From NCBI GenBank assembly GCA_029882355.1, contig JAOUKV010000004.1, positions 65,999-129,998 of the forward strand: a stretch of 64,000 nt of DNA. Reading direction: 5' to 3'. The position numbers were made by a program, and so were the translations under genes. How positions within the stretch are numbered: the first letter of the stretch is position 1; each line of letters starts with the position of its first letter. This stretch comes from Gammaproteobacteria bacterium (GTDB lineage: Bacteria > Pseudomonadota > Gammaproteobacteria > SZUA-229). The notes below the pieces were generated by a model, which saw nothing but the letters and a program-made list of their open reading frames with translations, was not told the origin of the DNA and did no database searches. Shown one piece after another: positions 18,323 through 28,447 of this stretch.

Positions 18323-19348
18323 CTATCTGTTTAGTAATTTTGATTTCGCGTATTCAATCCACGTACAATACTGGATAAAATCATTGAAATTATCTGGAAG
18401 TCCATAACGAGGAAGACTATAAAGATATTCCGTTGACGTATTTTCCATGTTTACAAAAGTAGGAACCGTTGACACAGCACCGATAAATTTATTTCTCTTT
18501 AAAAACTCGATTTCACGTTTTCCAAAATCAGCAACTCTTCCAGTAGGATAGCAAAAAATCGGAACAGGAGATGATAGCTCATCTTTTAAGCGACGCCATG
18601 AGCACCTGATCTCAAACTCTGCATCTTCTTCTGTGAGTTTTGAAAGAATCCGGTGACTGACAGTATGCGGAGAAAAACTTATGCCTTTATTTTCAAGTGA
18701 GCGAGCCATATCCCAGGTCATGGGTTGGTAGTCATCGGGCGCAACAACTGGCACGGCAACTTTAGCTGCATCGGCAATTATCTGAAGTGATTCTGTAATT
18801 GATTCTCCCTGCATGGTTTTAATTATATTTTGAATAGAACTAATAGCATTATAAATATTTTGTTCGCTATCCAATGTAAATGAGTGTTTATCCTTATCAA
18901 TTGTTATTTCAATAGTTTCATGAGTTGAATTTTTTATAATGTAGGCGACTTTGTCATCCCAGGGCCAAAGTTTTCCATCAATCATGCCAGATATAAGAAA
19001 GATTGTGGCAGGGCAATTAAACTCACTAAACACTGGGGCTGCCAGGGTAGCCTGATCGATGAATCCATCATCCATGGTAAAAACGACTGGCTTATCAGGT
19101 AAAGGTGTACGTCTTTGTAGCGCAATCATTACCTCTTCCAATGAAACAAATGTATGTCCATTATTTTTCAGAAATTGCAGACAGCGACGCAAAAAATCTG
19201 GTGTATGACCACCATTATCCGCACCGTCAGAAACGAAACGGTGCATCATAAAAACAGGAATACCATAACCAAGTAAGCGTGTAGCGAGATCAGATACAGA
19301 TTGACTAGCCAGCATAGGAATCAAGAATTTTTTTAGCCGCTTTTTCAT
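18323..19348 (-). CDS. Polysaccharide deacetylase (NodB homology)
   Basis: Motifs VVFTMDDGF and PHTVSH. I prefer ATG 19348 (MKKRLKKFLIP...) to the track's TTG at 19375, which would overlap the upstream gene by 20 nt. Confidence 0.8.
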   Translation of the reverse strand: MKKRLKKFLIPMLASQSVSDLATRLLGYGIPVFMMHRFVSDGADNGGHTPDFLRRCLQFLKNNGHTFVSLEEVMIALQRRTPLPDKPVVFTMDDGFIDQATLAAPVFSEFNCPATIFLISGMIDGKLWPWDDKVAYIIKNSTHETIEITIDKDKHSFTLDSEQNIYNAISSIQNIIKTMQGESITESLQIIADAAKVAVPVVAPDDYQPMTWDMARSLENKGISFSPHTVSHRILSKLTEEDAEFEIRCSWRRLKDELSSPVPIFCYPTGRVADFGKREIEFLKRNKFIGAVSTVPTFVNMENTSTEYLYSLPRYGLPDNFNDFIQYCTWIEYAKSKLLNR

Positions 19349-19355
19349 ATGTGTA

Positions 19356-20786
19356 TTATGGAATATTTTTAACAATAAATGGCCCTAGCCATTTAGCGAG
19401 TACTACTGGAAGTCGTTTCCAGGCATTAATGATAAGTGCATATTTTGGATTTGTTGGACTTAGCGAGGGTAATTCAGCACCTTTGTCCAACCAGTAGTAC
19501 CAATACAGCTGCTTTTCTTGCGCACCCCATTGTTGTTTAAATCGGTATGTTCCTGCGCACTTGCTTGATCGCCCAAAATCAAAACACTTGTAACCAAGCC
19601 TAGTCGCTAGCTTCAAAACCTCCCAGTACAATAGCATATTAATACTGTATGGATTAACATCACGAATAGTTGACGCAAGCGGTATTTCCATTGTTCCACT
19701 GTGACCCAGTAATAAGCCAGCAGAGACAGGTTTATTATTCAGACGAATAATAACTATCCAGCTATTATCAGGAAAATGATTAAGGATATTTTCAACTAGT
19801 TTTTTACTATGACATGGAGAGCCTAGATCTCGCATATTACGTGTATAGACCTTATAAAAATCATCCAGATATTCTTTACCACCAACAAGTACTTGCGGTG
19901 CCTGCTGTTGTGGCCTTTTTATCTGTGCACGTAGCTTAGCAGTAAAACTATTCCACAGGGCTTCTTCTGAATCGGGCAGCAATAGAACCATATTAACCTT
20001 ATGTAATTGCACCGGCAGCCCCTCTCTTGGAACATCATCCCGGTACTCAATGTAATCAACTCCCAATCGTGCAGCTTCCCTACTTGCTGCTTCCATCAAT
20101 TCACTTTCTATATAAGGGTGGTCAGCAATAGCGCCTCCGCGTTGAAAGTATGGCATGGAAACCAAAATATCTCCGAACAGACCACTCTTTAGTCTGACCA
20201 GTGGCAGTATACCCACGACTTTAAGATTCTTATCATGTGCAAAAAAATAAAAACTATTAATTCCGTATGTTTTTTGCAACACATGCCGCCAGTGAGTTAA
20301 ATGATGAATACTAGCTTCCGGTTGTTTTCCAACATATTCATTCCAGTCATCTTCTTCATTTTCAAGAAGGCCTATTGTAATTTCATCTATATTAACTGCA
20401 GAACTAGCGTATCGGTTGCTAAATGTGTTTTTGGCAATTACTTTTGGCTCTAATTCACCAGCAATACTATCAAAAAAAACAAGAACCTGATCTTCAATAT
20501 TTTTCAGTTCTACTTCAAGTCTTTTGAGATCAGCAGTTTTAACATGCATAGACTCTATCAACTTATCAGCTAACTGGTTATTTTTCTTTGCCTCGCCTAT
20601 TTTTCTTGATGTAATTTTTGCCTGGAGTTGAAGCTGACTAGTTTTTTCCCTTAGCGATTGCACCTGATCCCAGAGTTTTTCGAGCCTGGATTTTTTATCT
20701 GCATCAGCTTCTGGATATTGCGCAGAAAATTGTGCTACTGGGTCTAATAAAATCTGCCTGGCTTGCATGACGTTGTTTTTACTCAC
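19356..20786 (-). CDS. FemAB-family transferase (PEP-CTERM-system-associated type) with an extra N-terminal coiled-coil arm
   Basis: 476 aa. Residues ~130-476 are FemAB/GNAT-duplication-like (LPLVRLKSGLFGDILVSMPYFQRGG; FDFGRSS...GTYRFKQQWGA). Residues 1-~125 are a K/E/Q/L-rich heptad segment. The start is GTG 20786, with ATG 20768 as an alternative. Confidence 0.75.
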   Translation of the reverse strand: MSKNNVMQARQILLDPVAQFSAQYPEADADKKSRLEKLWDQVQSLREKTSQLQLQAKITSRKIGEAKKNNQLADKLIESMHVKTADLKRLEVELKNIEDQVLVFFDSIAGELEPKVIAKNTFSNRYASSAVNIDEITIGLLENEEDDWNEYVGKQPEASIHHLTHWRHVLQKTYGINSFYFFAHDKNLKVVGILPLVRLKSGLFGDILVSMPYFQRGGAIADHPYIESELMEAASREAARLGVDYIEYRDDVPREGLPVQLHKVNMVLLLPDSEEALWNSFTAKLRAQIKRPQQQAPQVLVGGKEYLDDFYKVYTRNMRDLGSPCHSKKLVENILNHFPDNSWIVIIRLNNKPVSAGLLLGHSGTMEIPLASTIRDVNPYSINMLLYWEVLKLATRLGYKCFDFGRSSKCAGTYRFKQQWGAQEKQLYWYYWLDKGAELPSLSPTNPKYALIINAWKRLPVVLAKWLGPFIVKNIP

Positions 20787-20789
20787 TAG

Positions 20790-21827
20790 TTACATCCATC
20801 CTGAGAGACGCGCAAAAAAGGCCGTCTTATCTCTGGCAATGTCCTCATGCACTCCAATACGATGCAGCAAACAGCTATCACTAGCTGCAGTATTCCAACC
20901 TTTTTTAGTAGAGACTGCACCCACATAGTTTTTACGAACCAGCTCTAAAGCCCCTGCAGAGTAATTACCATTCGGAAAGCAAAACGTTTTTACAGCTTGC
21001 CCTGTCCTTTTCTCAATCAGTTTTTTACTTGCTATAATTTCGTATTCCAGCACGACATTATCAACCTCATTACTCAGACGAATGTGGTTACAGGTATGGC
21101 TACCTATCTCAATCAGCCCTGAAGTGTTCATTTCAGACAATTGTTCCCAGTTAAGCAGGTCAGGTTTGTTTATTTGTCCCTGCAAATTCAACACATGTTC
21201 TATTATATTGAGCCGATCATGGATTTCATCATCGGACAATGCTTTGGCATTCGAGATCAATTCACCAAGTTCTTCCTGGGTCGGAGCTACGGTGGTGAAC
21301 TGATAGCGTGTCGCCGGGTTTTTTAGCCAATCTAAAGCCGTGTGCGACCATTGATCAGGATGGTCTTTCGCAATACATGTGACTATCTGTGCAAGTCGCT
21401 CCGGCCAGAACTGCCTGCTGGTGCCTATCATATCTGATACGACAAATACTGTTGCTGGCGCATCCAGCTCTTTTAATATCGGGAAAGCAAATTCAAAATT
21501 ATCTGCCCAGCCATCATCGAATGTAATAGCGCAGGCACGTTCAGGTAGTTCGGCACCAGAATTTTTTAGTTCCAGCCATTTAGAAAGGTGAATTATATTA
21601 AAATGCTGCTTTAGCATGGAAACATGGGACCTGAATGTTTCAGGTGTAACTATCATGCCCGGTTCTTCTAACTGGGCCCTTCTATCATTAGCAGGTAGTA
21701 TGCGATGATACATCAAAATAAGAATTTTCGGCTTATACATAAAATGCATGCGAACCCCAGCGTAAGCCGCTAAATATTGCAAGCATCGTTTAATGAGTTG
21801 TTTAACAGGTCTAAATCTTGCTACCAT
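20790..21827 (-). CDS. Polysaccharide deacetylase (NodB homology)
   Basis: 345 aa. Motifs ACAITFDDGWADN and GSHTCNH. Confidence 0.8.
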   Translation of the reverse strand: MVARFRPVKQLIKRCLQYLAAYAGVRMHFMYKPKILILMYHRILPANDRRAQLEEPGMIVTPETFRSHVSMLKQHFNIIHLSKWLELKNSGAELPERACAITFDDGWADNFEFAFPILKELDAPATVFVVSDMIGTSRQFWPERLAQIVTCIAKDHPDQWSHTALDWLKNPATRYQFTTVAPTQEELGELISNAKALSDDEIHDRLNIIEHVLNLQGQINKPDLLNWEQLSEMNTSGLIEIGSHTCNHIRLSNEVDNVVLEYEIIASKKLIEKRTGQAVKTFCFPNGNYSAGALELVRKNYVGAVSTKKGWNTAASDSCLLHRIGVHEDIARDKTAFFARLSGWM

Positions 21828-21905
21828 ATCGATTTATCATATTAGACTGGTTTGTTATTGATCTCTATTGTAATCTGTTCACCTCAAAAACTGAAACAAC
21901 TATTC

Positions 21906-23012
21906 ATGAAAACTATCCTTCATACAATAGATACTAACGAACCAGGAGGTGCAGAAACCGTATTTATTGATTTAGCGACACGCCTTCCCCGGGAAAAATA
22001 TAGATCACTCATTGTTATTCAGGGCAAGGGCTATATATATGATGAGCTAAAAAAAAGAGGTGCTAAACCCATCCTTCTGGACACAAGAGGCTCATTTAAC
22101 TGGCGTTACCTTAAAGGACTTATTTCAATTATTCGTAGAGAAAATGTTGACCTCATTCAATCTCACTTACTAGGTTCAAATGTCTACTGCTCACTTGCTG
22201 GCTTACTCACCAAAACTCCTGTAGTAGCAGTTTTTCACGGTGCTGTAGATATTGACAAACATGAAAGATTTAAATGGCTAAAGTTCAGTGCAATAAATAG
22301 AGGTGCGCAGTGCATAGTTGCAGTATCAAAAAACCTTCGCGACAGCATTATTAAAGCTTCTCCCTTAAGGAAGGACTTAACAAAAGTAATTTACAATGGA
22401 ATTGAAATAGGTGACTTCGAGCGTCCTCATTCGAGACTTATGCGGCAAAACTATGGCTGGAATGATAAGGACATCATAGTTGGTAGCCTCGGCAACATGC
22501 ATCATGCTAAGGGTTATGATGTCCTGTTACGATCAGCAGCATTACTAAAGGGCTCCGGTCTAACATTCCGTTTTGTGATTGCTGGCCAGATCAAAGAGGA
22601 CATATATAAAGATCTTGTTAAATTAAAAACAGACCTGAGCCTCAACGAGACAGTATATTTTATAGACTTCATCAGTGATCCTGCCTACTTTTTATCCAAT
22701 ATTGATTACTTTCTACTACCATCATTGTCTGAAGGTTTTTCTATTGCAACTATACAGGCTATGGCAGCCAATCTGGCGGTCATTGTTACACGCAGTGGAG
22801 GCCCCGAAGAAATTGTTACTCACGAAGAAAACGGATTGATGGTCGCCCCTGGAAACCCAGTTGCAATTGCGGAAGCAGTGAAAACTCTTGCAGATGATAG
22901 TGAACTCAGAATAAAACTGGCATGCCAGGGAAACAAACATGTCACGCAAACTTTTAGAATAGAAAGCATGCTGGCCGCATACGAAGATATTTATAATTCT
23001 CTTCTGCACTAA
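21906..23012 (+). CDS. Glycosyltransferase, GT4 (GT-B) family
   Basis: The track ORF starts at TTG 21852. I prefer ATG 21906 (MKTILHTIDT...GGAETV). E-x7-E region PSLSEGFSIATIQAMAANLAVIVTRSGGPEEIV. Confidence 0.8.
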   Translation: MKTILHTIDTNEPGGAETVFIDLATRLPREKYRSLIVIQGKGYIYDELKKRGAKPILLDTRGSFNWRYLKGLISIIRRENVDLIQSHLLGSNVYCSLAGLLTKTPVVAVFHGAVDIDKHERFKWLKFSAINRGAQCIVAVSKNLRDSIIKASPLRKDLTKVIYNGIEIGDFERPHSRLMRQNYGWNDKDIIVGSLGNMHHAKGYDVLLRSAALLKGSGLTFRFVIAGQIKEDIYKDLVKLKTDLSLNETVYFIDFISDPAYFLSNIDYFLLPSLSEGFSIATIQAMAANLAVIVTRSGGPEEIVTHEENGLMVAPGNPVAIAEAVKTLADDSELRIKLACQGNKHVTQTFRIESMLAAYEDIYNSLLH

Positions 23013-23049
23013 TCTAATAAACAGATCTATACTTACCGGCAAATAAAAC

Positions 23050-24375
23050 GTGAAACTAAAAGAAAAGGACTCCATCGACATACAAAGATTCTACTCGATG
23101 AGCATAGGATCAATCTGGAGAGGTTTAAAACAGGAAAATGCGGCATTCTGGTGGCTATGCATTTATATTTTTTTTGAATATGTCAGACCACAGTCTATTT
23201 ACACGCAAATTGATGTGGCTCCATGGTCACTGATTACATTAGCACTAGCGTTAATTACTGCCTTTCTTGACCCAAGTGTAAAATGGGTCAAAAACCCGGA
23301 AAATGTTCTTTTTTTAATTTTTCTATCTATCCTGTTGTTATCGTGTTTGCTAGCATTTCAGACATCATCATCCTGGGCGAAAATTGATATAGTGATTAAC
23401 TGGATGATATTATATTTTTTAATAATAACTATTGTTAACACTGAAAAAAGATTCTATATCTTTACATTATTGTTTTTACTGGTGAGTTTTAAAATGTCAC
23501 AGCATGGATTTAGGACATTTTCTTCTCGTGGTTTTTCATTTGCAGACTGGGGCGCCACCGGCGCACCTGGATGGTTCCAGAATTCGGGAGAATTTGCAAT
23601 CCAAATGGTCATATTTTCTCCCCTGGTCATAGCTTTTATTCTGGCATTAAAAAAATTCTGGGGACGTTACACGAAATGTTTTTTCTATCTTCTACCCATC
23701 ACTGCACTAATTTCAATTGTTGCATCAAGCTCACGAGGTAGCCAGGTAGCTATACTAGGCGTTGGCATATGGTTCGCATTAAAATTTAAAGCCGGAATAA
23801 AGGCGATCTTAGCCTTAACGATTATTGGTATGATTTTATATTTCCTGATTCCACCGGAACAGATGGCGCGCCTCAATGAAATGGGTAATGATGGAACATC
23901 GCTACAGAGATATGCCTATTGGTCTCATGGCATTAATGTAATCCTAGATCATATGGGGATAGGTGTCGGCTATGCAAACTGGAAGGATTATTGCTGGTTT
24001 GTTAACCCATCTGGTGTAGGGCCACTACAGTCATGTCAGGAACCTCATAACATTTACATACAGGCTGCTGCGGAACTAGGAATACCAGGCCTGATAATGT
24101 TCCTGTTAATGACAATTTACATACTTGTACTAAATGCCAGAACACGACAATTTTCAGTACAAATAAACAACACATTCTTTAGATACATATCCCACGGACT
24201 TGATGGCGGTATAATTGGGTATTCAATAGCTGCCTTTTTCGTAACCGTCTTATATTACCCTTTTTTCTGGGTTCAGCTAGCTATGACCGTGGCATTATAT
24301 TCCATAGCAAAATCTCAATTTATCAACAAAAACAGAAGCCACTCTCTATTAAGGAATGAACACCACAACTATTAA
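23050..24375 (+). CDS. O-antigen ligase/polymerase-like membrane protein (Wzy_C-type, PEP-CTERM-locus type)
   Basis: 441 aa with ~10-12 TM helices and the Wzy_C-like loop SSSRGSQVAILGVGIWF. The start is uncertain (GTG 23050 or ATG 23098). Confidence 0.75.
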   Translation: MKLKEKDSIDIQRFYSMSIGSIWRGLKQENAAFWWLCIYIFFEYVRPQSIYTQIDVAPWSLITLALALITAFLDPSVKWVKNPENVLFLIFLSILLLSCLLAFQTSSSWAKIDIVINWMILYFLIITIVNTEKRFYIFTLLFLLVSFKMSQHGFRTFSSRGFSFADWGATGAPGWFQNSGEFAIQMVIFSPLVIAFILALKKFWGRYTKCFFYLLPITALISIVASSSRGSQVAILGVGIWFALKFKAGIKAILALTIIGMILYFLIPPEQMARLNEMGNDGTSLQRYAYWSHGINVILDHMGIGVGYANWKDYCWFVNPSGVGPLQSCQEPHNIYIQAAAELGIPGLIMFLLMTIYILVLNARTRQFSVQINNTFFRYISHGLDGGIIGYSIAAFFVTVLYYPFFWVQLAMTVALYSIAKSQFINKNRSHSLLRNEHHNY

Positions 24376-24465
24376 TACCCAGTGAACTTTACCATCAACA
24401 ACCTAAAATATTCTTCTGCAAACTTAACTGAATTATATTGAAATACAACTCACCTCATTTATAAA

Positions 24466-25536
24466 TTAATTATCAATTACATTTGAAATAAAATTAAACC
24501 ACTTCTCTGAAATGGCCGGCCCAGAATAAGTTTTATTAAAATACTGAATTATTGATGCCCGTAGCTGTTCCTTATTCTTAAGTAAATCGTCTAATATCTT
24601 TGGCGTATCTTTGTCATTAGGATCAGAAATTACTACACCTGGGCAATCTAGAAATTGCTCAAATACAGGAATTGGTGACAGCAAGCAAGGAAGGCCAGCG
24701 CTCATGGCTTCTATAACAACCAGTCCAAATGTTTCCGATCTACTCATAAATACTAAAACATCGAATGAATTATATATTTTATTTTTATCTGACTCCCATT
24801 CATGAACTATCACTTTTTCATTATTCCAACTATCGTTTTCCGCACTCCATAAATGAATAGCATTGGCATTTGACTGTAATGAAATTTTCACACTCGCGTC
24901 AGCATTTTTCCGTTCATCATCAAGATTGCCAACACTGCCAACATTGTTGGTTTGTATCTTTTTTGTTACTTGCTTTGTTGTATTTGGAATTACTTCATAT
25001 GTGCCTTCATCTAACTGAAATGACTCTTGCTGAATAAAACTGACAAAGTGAACCTTATCAGAAAATTCTAGTGATTTTTTCAAATACTCTGGAGCAATAT
25101 TACCATGCAATTCATTTAGCAACCCGTGACATGTAATAATTAATTTCTTTTCTGAACGCTTTATTTCCTCATAAAATGAATGTTCGCATACTATGTCACA
25201 AATATATAAATCCGACCTCTTATTAGGGCGATTTACTAGATGAACTTCTTTGTCGAGTAATTTGTTGAAGTTACTAGATGGATATGTGACAAATTCAACG
25301 TGATATTTGTTGGCTAGTAAATTAGCGATATTGGCTATTGCTGACGTTGCACCAGTATCACCATGGAATCCACATCTAAACGTAATAATTTTGTTGCAAC
25401 CTGATTCTTCCTGGAAATAATTACAAACTTTATTTCTAAAATAGTGGTATGAATTTCTTGCCTTCCTTATTCTACTAACCACAAACCATGGGAGCCTTTT
25501 ATTCACAAGAACGCTCTTTATCGCCGATATGCGCAC
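24466..25536 (-). CDS. Glycosyltransferase, GT4-like
   Basis: 356 aa. GTG start with GGAG 7 nt upstream. C-terminal GT-B motif FMSRSETFGLVVIEAMSAGLPCLLS. Confidence 0.7.
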   Translation of the reverse strand: MRISAIKSVLVNKRLPWFVVSRIRKARNSYHYFRNKVCNYFQEESGCNKIITFRCGFHGDTGATSAIANIANLLANKYHVEFVTYPSSNFNKLLDKEVHLVNRPNKRSDLYICDIVCEHSFYEEIKRSEKKLIITCHGLLNELHGNIAPEYLKKSLEFSDKVHFVSFIQQESFQLDEGTYEVIPNTTKQVTKKIQTNNVGSVGNLDDERKNADASVKISLQSNANAIHLWSAENDSWNNEKVIVHEWESDKNKIYNSFDVLVFMSRSETFGLVVIEAMSAGLPCLLSPIPVFEQFLDCPGVVISDPNDKDTPKILDDLLKNKEQLRASIIQYFNKTYSGPAISEKWFNFISNVIDN

Positions 25537-26310
25537 ATCAATCTCCGTCTATCCAGGACTATAGTTACTTACATGACACTACAGTGCGAATAAATCATGA
25601 CTCTAGCCAGGTTAATTCTGTAATCACAATTAACTAGAGAAGACTTATTATTAGCTACTGCACACAACCTTTAATGATCCAAAATACATGCAGCTAGTAA
25701 ACACCCTGATATGCTTTCTCATAAAATAAATCACCACTATCGTAACGATCTCGAACTAATGAAGCACTTCAGATTAAAAAGTATTTGAACAGCATTTTGC
25801 CATAATTAGCCACATATAAGTTAAGCCTTATCTTGCACTTCCTCATTATAGCGAGAATTATGAAAAACCAATCTCATTGCGATTAAATCTTTCACAACAA
25901 CTTTATTTTCCTACGCCTATTTAACTCTATAAATCGGCTTACAATCATACAAGTATTAAGCGTAAATCTCTTCAACTTTAATGGACATTCTGATATTTAT
26001 AGAAACACGCCTAAACCTGCTTTAGCAAGACGAGCACCTATCATGGCAAATATGCCATTTTCGGGAGCACAATGCCTTTCTTATGCAAGAATACAGTACA
26101 AAATTAATTGTAAATTTAGTTTTTTACCTGTAATTTATACACTCTGGTTACATTTTATAAATTACATTATTTTTATTCCTTGCGGCCTCAATAACATAGA
26201 TAATGGACATAGACGCGTGCCTATCTGCTGAGCAAGGATTTAATGATAAGCTACATCATCCATATGGTGATATTACTACTGTTATATGAACATAATGCAT
26301 GGAGGAATAA

Positions 26311-27186
26311 ATGAGCGATAATTCTGGACCTGATTTTGTGTGTATAGGTGCTCAAAAAAGTGGTACAACCTGGCTATACGAGAATATGGTTGAAAACCCT
26401 GAAGTGTGGTTACCACCTATAAAGGAGTTTCATTATTTTAATCGAGTTTGTATTAATGATAAATTACTAGGTAACTGGAGCATACCTCACCCCCATGGAT
26501 TTGAAAGATATGCTAGTGCAGTCAAGTCTTTTGATGTTGATCGCCTGCGATGGTTATACAGGTATTACGAATTAGGCATGGAAAAAAATTGGTATCTTGA
26601 GTTATTTTCAGATAAATATAGCCACGGGAAGATAACCGGTGAAATGACACCTGGATATTCGACACTCGATGAACGCGGCGTCAAATATGCGAGTGAAGTT
26701 CTAAATAAGGACGTTCAAATCATATTTATCGTACGTAATCCGGTGATTCGTTCATGGTCTGCAGCAAAGATGCTTCTAAGAGGACGAGGAATTTCAATTG
26801 GCGATATTTCAACTGATGAAATGACCAGTTTATTATCCTCTCCAGATATAACTCTATGCAGTGAATATTCCAGGATCATCCCTCTCTGGAAACAGCACTT
26901 CAATAATGTTCATATACTTTCATACAACCTGCTAAGCAGATCACCACGAGAATTTCTATCGCAAGTGAGTGGCATTTTAAATATTCGTGACTCATGGAAT
27001 GAAATTTTGATAAATAAACGAGTATGGGCAGATAATAATAAAACCCCTATGCCAAATTATGTATTTCAGAATTTAAATAACTTTTATTCAGATGAGATTG
27101 AAAAGTTATATTCAATATTAGATCATAGTGAAATTAATGATTGGAAACATGAGTTAGATCTTTTAAGAAATAGCATTCATATGTAA
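26311..27186 (+). CDS. Sulfotransferase (PAPS-dependent)
   Basis: 291 aa. Strong RBS GGAGGA. 5'-PSB loop GAQKSGTTWLYENM and 3'-PB motif FIVRNPVIRSWS. Confidence 0.8.
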   Translation: MSDNSGPDFVCIGAQKSGTTWLYENMVENPEVWLPPIKEFHYFNRVCINDKLLGNWSIPHPHGFERYASAVKSFDVDRLRWLYRYYELGMEKNWYLELFSDKYSHGKITGEMTPGYSTLDERGVKYASEVLNKDVQIIFIVRNPVIRSWSAAKMLLRGRGISIGDISTDEMTSLLSSPDITLCSEYSRIIPLWKQHFNNVHILSYNLLSRSPREFLSQVSGILNIRDSWNEILINKRVWADNNKTPMPNYVFQNLNNFYSDEIEKLYSILDHSEINDWKHELDLLRNSIHM

Positions 27187-27211
27187 TTGCACATCGCTTG
27201 ACCACAGATAA

Positions 27212-28402
27212 GTGAACTCCGTGATTTATAAAAAAATAAAATACCTGGCTAGATATATTTATGAGCTATTTCTTAAGGCTGGCTTTATCCTGCTAGATGC
27301 ATTGTTACCTAAAAATGAAAAATACTGGTGCTTCTGCACATGGGACAATTACCCGCATACTTTGGATAATCCAAGAGCTGTTTTTGAAACTATCAAAAAT
27401 GACGCGTCAATCAGAAAAATAATCCTGGTTAAAACAAGCAATCGCCTTAATTTCTCTGACGGGAAAAATATTAAATTCATAAATGCCGAATCATTTCATG
27501 GCATATACTATGTCGCGCGTTCTAGAATAATACTATTGGGTTATTCACTATCCGCGCTCTCAAGTTACAGTAATCTAATTTCTAATAATCACACTATTAT
27601 ACAATTATGGCATGGTATCCCGCTAAAGCGTATTGGCATGCTATTTCCTGACGAAACCAATTGGTATAAGGAAACAAGAAAATATTACGCCACAGTTTGC
27701 TCCTCTAGTGAGGATAAAAACTTCATGAGACAAGCATTTTCGCCAATTCTTGAAGATAATGTCTGGCAAAGCGGCCTACCAAGAAACGACATAATTTTAA
27801 TGAATGAGAATAATTTACCTGTAGACTATCACGATTATCTCCGTGATTTTAGAAACCGGATCGGTAACCGTAAACTGGTACTCTATGCTCCGACGTGGCG
27901 AGCAGAAAGCGAAAATATTTACGTGTTTTCAGGCCAACAAATAAACACCTTAAACAAAGTATTAGAAGATAATAACGCAGTACTAGCAATTCGCGGCCAC
28001 TCAAACGTCAGATCACATGACATGGTTAATGGTGAAATACTAAATTCAAGAATCATAGAAGCCAACAGTATCCCTGACGTAAATATTCTACTAAGACTAG
28101 CAGATATTTTAGTTACAGATTATTCGAGCATTTATATTGATTTCTTAATAACAAATAAACCAATTATATATTTCACATATGACCTTGATAATTATTATAA
28201 AGAGCGTGGCTTTCTGTACAATATTAAAAAGGCATTTGCCAGTGAAGAAGTTCTAAATTTCGACGATTTTGTTACTACACTCGACCATACATTAAGGTAT
28301 GGCACTGAAGACACTACTCGCTATCAATCAGTAAAAAAGTTGTTTCATGATTATGAAGGGAGCAGTTCGGTAGCTGTTGCTGAGCACATCCGAAACATAT
28401 AG
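27212..28402 (+). CDS. CDP-glycerol glycerophosphotransferase (TagB/TagF family)
   Basis: 396 aa. Family pattern LWHGIPLKRIG, LYAPTWR, ILVTDYSSIYIDFL. The GTG start is uncertain. Confidence 0.8.
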   Translation: MNSVIYKKIKYLARYIYELFLKAGFILLDALLPKNEKYWCFCTWDNYPHTLDNPRAVFETIKNDASIRKIILVKTSNRLNFSDGKNIKFINAESFHGIYYVARSRIILLGYSLSALSSYSNLISNNHTIIQLWHGIPLKRIGMLFPDETNWYKETRKYYATVCSSSEDKNFMRQAFSPILEDNVWQSGLPRNDIILMNENNLPVDYHDYLRDFRNRIGNRKLVLYAPTWRAESENIYVFSGQQINTLNKVLEDNNAVLAIRGHSNVRSHDMVNGEILNSRIIEANSIPDVNILLRLADILVTDYSSIYIDFLITNKPIIYFTYDLDNYYKERGFLYNIKKAFASEEVLNFDDFVTTLDHTLRYGTEDTTRYQSVKKLFHDYEGSSSVAVAEHIRNI

Positions 28403-28447
28403 TATATTTAAATTATTCATCATTGATATTAACAGGACGATTTTATA

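Noticed and set aside
26043-26231. 62-aa ORF in the 774-bp gap.
   Set aside because: It has no RBS and an AT-driven Phe/Ile/Asn/Cys-rich composition. It lies in a region with no coding periodicity visible by eye.
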